64,000 nucleotides of DNA from Chiloscyllium plagiosum (lineage: Eukaryota). The position numbers and the translations under genes were made by a program. The stretch is from the NCBI RefSeq assembly GCF_004010195.1, contig NC_057728.1, positions 50,922,048 to 50,986,047 of the forward strand, read 5' to 3'. A model generated the notes under the pieces. It did no database searches. It had not been told where the DNA came from and worked only from the letters and a program-made list of their open reading frames with translations. Below, one piece after another: positions 13,621 through 24,072 of this stretch; position 1 is the first letter of the stretch; each line of letters begins with the position of its first letter.

Positions 13621-15465
13621 TGAATGTTCATACTTGTGAACCCCATGCAGGGGTGTAATTTGAAAAATTGAGCATATAAATGTTTCCTGTACTTAAAATT
13701 GGCCGACTTGCGTTGTCCTGCATTACGACCCAACTTGTGGGCGAATCCACTTCAGTACGGACTCAAGACCTGAACCCATTCACAACTCCGGGACTACCTG
13801 TACACTGTCTGTAACTGCTTGGCATTCCAAGGGAAATTTAAATCTTGAAATACAAGGTTATTTTGATGGAACATGTTAATTGATCGTTACAACATGTCAC
13901 TGTTAATATCACAGGAAAAGGTATGATAATTGCATACTCATGATCAAGAATGAAATGGTGCTGGAATGATTTGAAAAACTGAGAAGGAAAGATGACAAGA
14001 AATTGTGTGAATCCTGTATGAAGAATAAGTGAGGTTGAATGAATGAAATGTTCTTGTATTTTGTTGTATATTTACATTGTGTTTACCTTGTGATGAAACA
14101 TTTAGAAATGGCATTTCTTTAAGGATGGAGGCATATAAAGAATGTGTATGTGCTTTCGAACATAAATTGGGAAAACGGAAGTTTGCGTACTGTTGTGTTG
14201 CAGATAATGTACCAGGTGTGCTTTGTCTTTTGATTTTGCAATTCAAAGGTCAAAACTGAATGGTATTTACATATTGGTTAAACAAGGTCATGGAACCTTT
14301 GAAGAATGAGGTATTGATCATGTTGGGCTGAAAAACAATAGGCAGCATTTGGATTTTTAAGTAGCAGTTTGTTACAGACCTGAGAAGAGGCAGTTGAAGG
14401 CAATCTTCCAGAAAGCCTGCAAGCAAAGATGGCAGTTCACACTTTCTCACATTTTGTTGGGTCAGACAAAATACTCAAAAGAACTCTGAAAAGAAGAACT
14501 TCTATCTCAAACAAAGGCTTAGGTCCAACTGACAGGCTACCAAACTGAACACTTTATTACTCTTCTGTCACAAATAAATGATTTCATAGCCAAAAGCCAA
14601 AATAACTGAGAAATTCAACTAATTTCACCCTTGTGGTTTGAACTCTTGATTCAGAGAATTTGTTTCTCTTTTCTTCTGTTTACCATCCATGAAACTTCTG
14701 CAGAGCTGTCCGTCTCGTACACAGAATTTATGAATGACTGTGTAAGTGTTAGATTTGCATTGCTGCGGTTAATAATTGATTTTGCCTCTTGGTAACGTAG
14801 GAACATAGAAAATAGGTGCAGGAGTAGGCTGCACCACCATTTGTGGCTAATGATGCATTCGTGGCTAATTAGCCACAATCATGGCTAATGATGCAATTTC
14901 AGTATCCCATTCACACCCTCTCCCCATATCCCTTGATCCATTTAACTGCAAGGGCCACATCCAGCTCTCTCTTGAATATATCTCATGAATTGGCCCCAAC
15001 GGTTTCCTGTTTGAAAGAGTTCAACAGGTTCACAACTCTCTGAGTGAAGACATTCTTCCTCATCTCAGTCCTGAATGGCCTATCTCTTATAGAGTCAGAG
15101 AGTCATAAAGATGTACAGTATGGAAACAGACCTTTCGGTCCAACCTATCCATGCTGACCAGATATCCCAACCCAATCTAATCTCACATGCCAGCACCCGG
15201 CTCATATCCCTCTAAACCCTTCCTATTCATATACCCATCCAGATGCCTTTTAAATGTTGCAATTGTACCAGCCTCCACCACTTCCTCTGGCAGCTCATTC
15301 CATGCACGTACCACCCCTGTGTGAAAAAGTTGCCCCTTAGGTCCCTTTTATATCTTTCCGCTCTCACCCTAAACCTATGCCCTCTAGTTCTGGACTCCCC
15401 CACCACAGGGTAAAGACTTTGTCGATTTACCCTATCCATGCCCCTCATAATTTTGTAAACTTCTA

Positions 15466-15949
15466 AGTTTCTGAGAAGATTTGTAGCTCGGGTGCTCGTT
15501 GTTGTGGTTCTGTTGGCCGAGCTGGGAATTTGTGTTGCAGACGTTTTGTCCCCTGTCTAGGTGACATCCTCAGTGCTTGGGAGCCTCCTGTGAAGCGCTT
15601 CTGTGATCGTTCCTCCGGCATTTGTAGTGGTTTGAATCTGCCGCTTCCGGTTGTCAGTTCCAGCTGTCTGTTGCAGTGGTCGGTATATTGGGTCCAGGTC
15701 GATGTGCTTATTGATTGAATCTGTGGATGAGTGCCATGCCTCTAGGAATTCCCTGGCTGTTCTCTGTTTGGCTTGTCCTATAATAGTAGTGTTGTCCCAG
15801 TCGAATTCATGTTGCTTGTCATCTGCGTGTGTGGCTACTAAGGATAGCTAGTCATGTCGTTTTGTGGCTAGTTGGTGTTCATGGATGCGGATCGTTAGCT
15901 GTCTTCTTGTTTGTCCTATGTAGTGTTTTGTGCAGTCCTTGCATGGGAT
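15466..15949 (-). mobile_element. 5'-truncated Penelope-like element (GIY-YIG endonuclease C-terminus plus hammerhead-bearing 3' end)
   Basis: Minus-strand KIPCKDCTKHYIGQTRRQLTIRIHEH...FDWDNT...EFLEAWHS...INKHIDLDPIY; 15-bp TSD TTTTGTAAACTTCTA at 15451-15465 and 15950-15964. Confidence 0.88.
15540..15573 (-). ncRNA. Minimal type I hammerhead motif (G12 decayed)
   Basis: gca-CTGAGGA-T-GTCACCTAGACAGGGGAC-AAAA-CGTC-tgc; stem I gca/tgc. Confidence 0.6.
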
Positions 15950-17292
15950 TTTTGTAAACTTCTATAAGATCACCCCTCAGCCTCCGACGCTCCAGGGAAA
16001 ACAGCCCTAGCTTTTTCAGCCTCTCCTTATAGCTCAAATCCTCCAACCCTGGCAACATCCTTGTAAACCTTTTCTGAACCCTTTCAAGTTTCACAACATC
16101 ATTCCGATAGGAAGGAGACCAGAATTGCACACAATATTCCAACAGTGGCCTAACCAATGTCCTGTACAGCCACAACATGACCTCCCAACTCCTGTACTCA
16201 ATACTCTGACCAATAAAGGAAAGCATACCAAACACCTTCTTCACTATCCTATTTACCTATGACACCACTTTCAAGGAGCTAGAAGCACTCCAAAGTCTCT
16301 TTGTTCGGTAACACACCCTAGGACCTTACCATTAAGTGTATAAGTCCTGCTAAGATTTGTTTTCCCAAAATGCAGCACCTTGCATTTATCGGAATTAAAC
16401 TCCATCTGCCACTTCTCGGCCCATTGGCCCATCTGATCAACATCCTGTTGTAATCTGAGGTAACCTTCTTCGCTGTCCACTACACCTCCAATTTTGGTGT
16501 CATCTGCAAACTTCCTAACTGTGCCTGTCCAGTCCCATCAGGATTTGATACGTTTCTATGAGACCTCCCCTTATTCTTCTAAATTCCAGCAAATACAAGC
16601 CCAGTCGATACAATTTTTCCTCATGTCAAGAAGAAGTATGAAACAAGTAAGCTTTATATTTTTGTTTATTGATAGAACCTGTGTGAGTTCCTTTCTTCCT
16701 CGATAGCAGTCAAAGTCAGGCAGGTTAACCATCTTGGTGATTTGGTTGTCATTTATACGTTTGCAATGGATCATAGAATAATTATTAACGTACCCTTCCT
16801 GTGAGAAAATATCTGAAGTTATAACTAGCAAGATCAATGGATGTAGCAGTTTGGAGTTTTTTAGAGTGCATTCAAACATATGCCATATGCAATGCTAGTT
16901 TGCAAGAATACAGCTCATGGGGGAGAGATAATATATTAATATGTGTGAGGATCGGCGTGTGGCACAGAAAAGAGGGCAGTTAGTGTGGCATTTTTAGGAT
17001 AACTAGAGCTCATGGCAATAATTTTGTTCATTGGATTTTTAAATACCACCAGCTACAGGGGTTTGAAAGCATTAGCCTGCATTGCTGTGTTACTAATCCA
17101 GTGGCATTGCCACTACACTAACCTTTCCCCTGGGGTAAGCAAAGCAGACGTTTTCCCTGCCTGGAGAAGCTGCAGTTAGTGGGGGAAGGGGGGTGGGGTG
17201 AGGGTTGTAAGTCGTCATTTTCCAGATTGCGGACTAAGCCAGAAAAGTGGAAGCATCTCAGGAGAGAAACCCTCTGACCTACAGTGAAAGAG

Positions 17293-17519
17293 GCGAAAGT
17301 GAGGACAGCAGATGGTGGAGGTCAGCGTCAAGGTTAGAGTGGTGCTGGAAAAGTACAGCAGGTCAGGCAGCATCCAAGGAGCAGGAAAATCACCATTTTG
17401 GGCAGGAGCCCTTCATCAGGAAACCATCCTGATGAAGGGCTCCTGCCCGAAACATTGATTTTCCTGCTCCTCGGATGCTGCCTGACCTGCTGTGCCTTTC
17501 CAGCACCACTCTAATCCCG
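17293..17519. mobile_element. Fold-back family A hammerhead element
   Basis: About 85-bp inverted arms around a 7-nt spacer; 12-bp TSD ACAGTGAAAGAG at 17281-17292 and 17520-17531; core CTGATGA-A-GGGC-TCCT-GCCC-GAAA-CATT at 17429-17456. Confidence 0.88.
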
Positions 17520-17709
17520 ACAGTGAAAGAGTCTATTGGTTATTCAGACAGTAAGGCAGCAGATCAACTGCTGGTCCTGTCTGCCTAGAGCTACTAACCT
17601 ATCAGGGAATTCTCTTCCTCAGAAAGCTGTGAAAGCTCAGCCCTTGACCATTCAAGACTAAGGTCAATAGACTTTTGGATAATGGGGTAATCAAGGAATA
17701 GGGGGCTTG

Positions 17710-18242
17710 ATTAGAGTCATAGAGATGTACAGCACGGAAGCAAACCATCCAATCCAACCCATCCATGCAACCAGATATCATAAACAAATCTAGTCCCATT
17801 TGTCAGCTTGGTCCATACCCCTCTAAACCCTTCCTATTCATATTTACTTCAAGTCATAGAGATATACAACACAGAAATAGACTCTTCAGTCCAACTCATC
17901 CATGTCAATCATATATCCTAAATTAATTTATTCCCATTTGCCAATATTTGGTCCATATCCTTCCCAACCATTCCTATTCATATATCCATCCAGATGCCTT
18001 TTAAATGTTGTAATTGTAACAGTCTCCAACACTTTCTCTGGCAGCCCCTTCCACATCCTCTGCACGAAAGCTTTGCCCCTTAGGTCCCTTTTACATCTTT
18101 CCCTTCTCACCCCAAACCTATACCCTGTAGTTCTGTGCTCCTCTACCCTGGGAAAAAGGCCGTGTCTGTTTTCTCTATCCATGTCCCTCATGATTTTATA
18201 AACCTCTATAAGGTCACCCCTCAGCCTCTGACGTTCCAGGGA
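17710..18242 (-). mobile_element. Two tandem CR1 3'-end fragments
   Basis: Two agtcatagagat tails; ORF LRGDLIEVYKIMR...TFKRHLDGYM. Confidence 0.85.
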
Positions 18243-19964
18243 GTGAGTGGAACAGTGACGCTGTGGAGTCATGTAGTTTTTAAGTAGCTCTAGGGCCCAA
18301 ACAGCCTCCTGCTCATATTTCCAAGATTCTTATGAAGCCTGTAGGTTTCCTAAAGGTTGTGTGTTTCTAACCAATCCCACATTCCAGCAGTTACAAACCA
18401 ACATACCAGCTCTCATCAGAAGTAGGCCACTCAGCCCCTTGAGCTCCATCCCACTTGAAAAGCTCATCTTTCTTTCAATTCCTGCCTGTCCCCAATAACA
18501 TTCCACTCCCCCCTCTGCTTATCAAACATTTATCTATGTCTGCCTTAAAAATATTCAATGATTCTGCTTTCACTGACTTTTCTGGAAGAGTTCTAAAGAC
18601 TCAAGGCCCACTGAGGGAAGAGAAAACAAAACCCTCATCTGTCTCAAATGGGCGACCCCTTATTTAGAAAAATTGAACTCCATTCTAGAATCTTCCACAA
18701 AAGGAAGCCTCCTTACCACATTCCAACCTTCCCCCTCACTTTCAAGACCCCTCAGGATTTGCCGTGTTTCAATCATTTCATGTTGATTGTCTTGGAAATA
18801 AATCTTGTATGTTTTTGAACAAACACTTCCCTGGAATCTTGGTTTCATGAAGGGGTGTGAGGGGGAAATAAACCTTTCTCCTAGATTCCCGCAGCAGGAA
18901 TGCTTTCCCAATCCCCAGATTATGTTGTGACCTGCGGCAGAATACTGCGGATTGCTGGGATGGGGAGGGAATGTGAAGACTCCAGCAGTGTGTCGCTCAG
19001 TTAAATTGTCACTTTGATGCGTTGGAATCTCCTGATAATTCTGTTGAATCCACACAAGCTGATCCACAATCCACAGGGACCGCGAGCTGAGCCAAGCTCT
19101 CATCAGCTGTCACGTTTCCCTAGCACTTGTGAAAAGAGGTCTCTGTTGACCATCAAACTGCATTCCCTCTCTGTTTCTTTCTCTCGGGCTCACAAGCTGC
19201 TAACAGCTGAATATTTGCCGAGAAGTTGTAAGATTTGACAGCCAGTCACAGTCCAGCTGCCACGTGACTTATTCATCAGCAGCTCATTTTATCCCGAACT
19301 TAATCAGTTGCTGAATATCCCACCTCAGCGACTGAATTTTTCCTCTTAGTGACAACATAAACTTTGGCAGGCTTGACATTTCTATTACATACGCTGTTAT
19401 CTTCTTAACAGAAAACCAGTTAACTATGTCAGACACAATTTGGCTGTTCACAATTCCCAGCCGGCCGTCCTCAATTAACCCATGTCATTTTGTGTTAGTG
19501 TTAACGTGATTGCATCCAGTCACCTTGTTGATGATGTTTGATCTCCAGTTATCTGACTGTGAGTCTGCGTTGATGATGCTCCTGGTTTCTGCATCCCCTG
19601 TGTTTTTTTAATCCATTCTTGGAATGTACAGCGGCTGTGTCGCTCTGGAGAAGACAATGGGGGTGAGCTGCCTTCTTGAACCAGGTGGTGTGGGTACACC
19701 CACAGCGCCATCACAGAAGATGTTCAGAATCCCAATGACAGTGAAGAAATGGCAATAAATTACCAAGTCAGCACTTGAAGAGGAACTTCCAGGTGGTGAT
19801 GGTGTCCCCATGTGTCTGCTACCCTGCTCTATCTAGATGGAAGGGTTTGGAAGGTGCTGTCAAAGAGCCTCTGTGTCCCAGGGTTACAGTCAGAGTTTCT
19901 CCTGTTCCTTCTCTGAATATTCCAGGATATAGTTTGGGTCTTTTCCATTTTGACTGCCACCTTT

Positions 19965-20368
19965 AAATCACACAACACCAGGTTATAGTCCAGAGTGTGG
20001 TGCTGGAAAAGCACAGCAGGTCAGGAAGTATCCGAGGAGCAGGAGAATTGGCGTCTCGGGCATAAGGCCTTCATCAGGAATGAGGCCTCACTCCTGATGA
20101 AGGGCTTATGCCCGAGACATCAATTCCAACACCACACTGTCAACTCTGATCTCCAGCATCTGCAGTCGTCACTTTCTCCTACCAGGTTATAGTCCAATAG
20201 GCTTATTTGGAGGTACAAGCTCTCGGAGTGCTGCCCCACTAGCTATCTGACGAAGGAGCAGCACTACAAAAGCTGTGCGTCGAAATAAACCTGTTGGACT
20301 ATAACCTGGTGTTGTGTGATTTTTTTAAAACTTTGTCCATCCCAATCCAATACTGGCACCTCCACACC
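19965..20368. mobile_element. Fold-back family B hammerhead element hosting a family A insertion
   Basis: Arms aaatcacacaacaccaggttatagtccaa / ttggactataacctggtgttgtgtgattt; degenerate core CTGACGAAGGAGCAGCACTACAAAAGCT. Confidence 0.8.
19993..20180. mobile_element. Fold-back family A hammerhead element
   Basis: 16-bp TSD ACCAGGTTATAGTCCA at 19977-19992 and 20181-20196; spacer-less palindrome centred at 20085/20086. Confidence 0.9.
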
Positions 20369-20447
20369 TTTAATTTGAATATTAATTGTGTTTAATTCAA
20401 TGCAGGTGGAGGGCATTAATTGGTGTTTGACTTAAGCACATGTGTGA

Positions 20448-20562
20448 GGCCCTCTTGTGGCATAGTGGTAGTGTCCCCACCCCTGGACTGGGAGGGCTGG
20501 GTCCAAATCCCACCTGCTCCAGAGATGTGTAATTACATTGCAGAACAGGTTGGTTAGAAAAT
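20448..20562 (+). mobile_element. Short (~115 bp) tRNA-derived SINE family
   Basis: A box TGGCATAGTGG, B box GGTCCAAATCC. Related copies at ~10548-10655, 20598-20655 plus 21104-21160 (split by a CR1), 25843-25920 and 36255-36357 (minus). Confidence 0.7.
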
Positions 20563-20654
20563 TGGTTAAATAAAAAAGAATCTGAAGCATATGTAGGGGC
20601 TCTTGTGGTGCAGTAGTACTGTCCCTACCTCTGATCTGGGAGGCCAGGATTCAA

Positions 20655-21103
20655 AAGATTCACAAGGATATTGCTGGAATTGAAGGATTTGAGCTATAGG
20701 GAGAGGCTTAACAGGCTGGGGGCTGTTTTCCCTGGAGCGTTGGAAGTTGAGAGGTGACCTTATAGAGGTTCATAAAATCATGAGGGGCATGTATTGGGTG
20801 AATAGTCAAGGTCTTTACACTGGGGTGGGCGAGTCCAGAACTAGAGGGCATAGATTTAAGGTGAGAGGGGAGAAATTTAAAAGGGACCTAAGGGGCCATG
20901 TTTTTATGCAGAGGATGGTGTGTGTATAGAATGTGCTGCCAGAGGACTAGTATAATTACAACATTTTAAATGCATCTGGATGGGTATATGAATAGGAAAG
21001 GTTTGAATGCTGGCAAAATGGGACTAGATGAAGTTAGGATATCTGGTTGACATGGATGAGATGGCTGAAGGGTCTATTTCTGTGCTGGATATATCTATGA
21101 CTC
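20655..21103 (+). mobile_element. CR1 LINE 3' fragment
   Basis: RGDLIEVHKIMRG...RGHRFKVRG; tail ctatgactc. Confidence 0.88.
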
Positions 21104-21344
21104 AAAGTCCCAACTGCTCCAGAGGTGTATAACACCGTTTCTGAACAGGTTAGTTCAGAAAGCAAGCCCCTTCAGCACGTGCGGAGAAAAACATATGAAC
21201 CTGACCAGGTGACTGAGATACAAAATCAGCTTCTCACCTTCAAGAAAAATGTAAATTCTCTCCAGTGGGGCAGGCCTGAAATCTCACCATCATATTAAGA
21301 CAACAACTCACTGAGATTGTCTGCCTTTCCAATTAATGATATAG

Positions 21345-24072
21345 CCAGGAAAGGGATTGAGGATCTGAAAAGTGACTACAGAGAGCTAGGTTGGAAGCTG
21401 AAGAGCAGGACAAGTAGTGTATGATCTCGGGTTTGCTACCGGTGCCACGAGATAGTGAGCTGAGGAACAGTCAGCGAATGCAGCTTAACACGTGTCTGCG
21501 AGGCTGGTGCGGAGGGAGGGCTTCAGATACCTAGACCATTGGGATACCTTCTGGGGAAGGTGGGACCTGTACATGAAGGAGGGGTTGCACCTGAACTGGA
21601 GGGGCACAAATGTCCTGGGTGGGAGATTTGCTCGTGTGATTTGGGACGGTTTAAACTAGTTTGGCAGGGGGTTGGGAATCAGAGCCACATGTCTGAGAGG
21701 GGTCAGTTGCAGACAGGACAGTGACAGGATATATTGAATCTATCAGGAAGGTTTCTCAGGCAATGAGACATAGGGATCGGTTAAAGTGTGTTTGCTTTAA
21801 TGCAAGGAGTGTCCGGAATAAGAGTGACGAACTTAGAGCATGGATCAGTACTTGGGGCTACGATGTTGCGGCCATAACAGAGACGTGGGTTTCACAGGGG
21901 CAGGAATGGTTGCTTGATGTTCCAGGGTTTAGAACATTTAAAAAGAACAGGGAGAGTGGAAAAAGAGGAGGGGGTGCTAATCAGAGAGTGCGTCACAGCT
22001 ACAGAAACAAAGGTTGTCTACTGAGTGGAAGTTAGGAACAGCAAGGGAACAGCTACTGCATTGGGGATTTTCTACAGACCACCTAATAGCAGTAGAGAGA
22101 TTGAAGATCTCATAGGCGGGCAGATTCTGGGAAAATGCAAAAGTAGCAGGGTTGTTGTTATGGGTGATTTCAACTTTCCCAATATCGACTGGAACCTCCT
22201 AAGTGCAGATGGTTTGGATGGAGCCGTTTTTGTCAGGGGTGTTCAGGAGGGTTTCCTTACTCAGTATGTAGACAGACCAACAAGGGGAGAGGCCATTTTG
22301 GATTTGGTGCTCTGCAACGAGCCAGGACAGATGTCAGATCTCGCGGTGGGAGAGCACTTTGGTGAAAGTTATCACAACTGCCTCACATTTAGCACAGACT
22401 TGGAGAGTGAAAGGAGCAGTTACAGAGGGAAGATATTTAATTGGGGAAAAGGAAATTATGACGCTATCAGACAGGAGTTGGGAAGTACAGACTGGGAGCA
22501 ATTGTTCCACAGAAAGGGCACAGCAGACATGTGGAGACTATTTAAGGAGCAGTTGTTGCGAGTGATGTGCAAATTTGTTCCTCTGAGACAGGTAAGGGGT
22601 AAGATTAAGGAACCTTAGATGACAAGAACAGAGGAGCTTCTTGTCCAAAGGAAGAAGGCAGCTTACGTAAGGTGGAGGAAGCAAGGATCCAGCACAGCTT
22701 TAGAGGATTATAGGCTTGCTAGAAAGGAGCTCAGAAATGGACTGAGGAGAGCCAGGCGGCGGCACGAAAAAGGCTTGGCAAGAAGGATTCGGGAGAACCC
22801 AAAGGCATTTTACTCATATGTGAGGAATAAGAGAATGATCAGGGAGAAGGTAGGGCGATCAGAGATAGCGGAGGGAACTAGTGAGTGGAGTCTGAGCAGA
22901 TGGGGTAGACTTAAGTGAGTTTTTTGCTTCAGTTTTCACCAAGGAAAGGGAACTTGTTGTAAATGAAAACTTAGAGGAGCTGGGATACAGTGTTGATCAG
23001 ATCAAGATTGATGAAGTTGATGTGCTAGAAATTTTGGCAAACATTACAATTGATAAGTCCCCAGGGCCAGACCAGATTTATCCTAGGCTGCTCCGGGAAG
23101 CGAGAAAGGAGGTTGCTAAGCCACTGATGAGGATCTTTGCCTCCTCACTCTCCACGGGAGTCATACCGGAGGATTGGAAGGAGGCGAATGTTCTACTTTT
23201 CAGGAAGGGTAATAGGGAAATCCTTGGCGTTTACAGACCAGTCAGTCTTACGTCTGTGGTCAGCAAAATTGTGGAAAGAATTCTGAGGGGGGATACAGGG
23301 AGATTTGGCTATCTGGATTCAGCATTGGCTGGCTGACAGAAGGCAGAGAGTGGTTGTAGATGGACAGTATTCTGCCTGGAGATCAGTGTTGAGTGGGGAC
23401 CCGCAGGGCTCTGTTCTTGGGCCTCTGCTCTTTGTAGTTTTTATAAATGACTTGGATGAGAAGATTGAGGGGTGGGTTAGTAAATTTGCCGATGACACAG
23501 GGTTTGGAGGTGTCATCGATAATATAGAGGGCTACTGCAGGCTGCAGCACGACATAGACAGGATGCAGAGCTGGGAAAGACACAGAGGCTTTGGAGAGGG
23601 TGCAAAGAAGGTTTACCAGGATGCTGCCTGGACTGGAGGGCTTGCCTTATGAAGAAAGATTGAATCAGCTCAGACTTTTTTCTCTGGAGAGAAAGAGGAA
23701 GAGAGGAGACCTGATCGAGGTATACAAAATAATGAGAGGAATAGATAGAGTCAATAGCCAGGGACTTTTCCCCAGGGAAGGATTGACTGGTACAAGGAGT
23801 CATAGTTTGAAGATACTGGAAGGAAGGTATAAAGGAGACATCAGAGGTAGGTTCTTTATGCAGAGTTGTGAATGCATGGAATGCGTTGCCAGCTGATGTG
23901 ATAGAAGCGAAGTCATTGGGGACATTTAAGCGACTGCTGGACATGCACATAGATAGCAGTGAGTCGCAGGGTGAGTAGGTTAGTGACTATATTTTACATT
24001 AGGATCAAGTCTCAGCACAACATGGTGGGCCTAAGGGCCTGTTCTGTGCTGTACTTTTCTATGTTCTATGTT
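21345..24072 (+). mobile_element. Long decayed CR1 LINE: ORF1 esterase remnant, ORF2 APE endonuclease and RT, 3' tail
   Basis: ISGLLPVPR..WDTFWGRWDLY..GLHLN (ORF1 SGNH); FNARS, ITETW, GDFNFPNIDW, ILDLVL (APE); KSPGPD, YRPVSLTS, QGSVLGPLLF, KFADDT (RT); (ttctatg)n tail. Contains stops, frameshifts and internal deletions. Confidence 0.93.

Larger units (their letters stand above)
15088..16522 (-). mobile_element. CR1 LINE 3' fragment interrupted by a Penelope insertion
   Basis: Minus-strand ORFs WQMEFNSDKCKVLHFGK, LYRTLVRPLLEYCVQFWSP, RGHRFRVR. Confidence 0.9.

Noticed and set aside
15879..16244. Possible CR1-Penelope fusion protein
   Set aside because: An extra A at the junction puts the Penelope part out of frame, and both elements contain stops.
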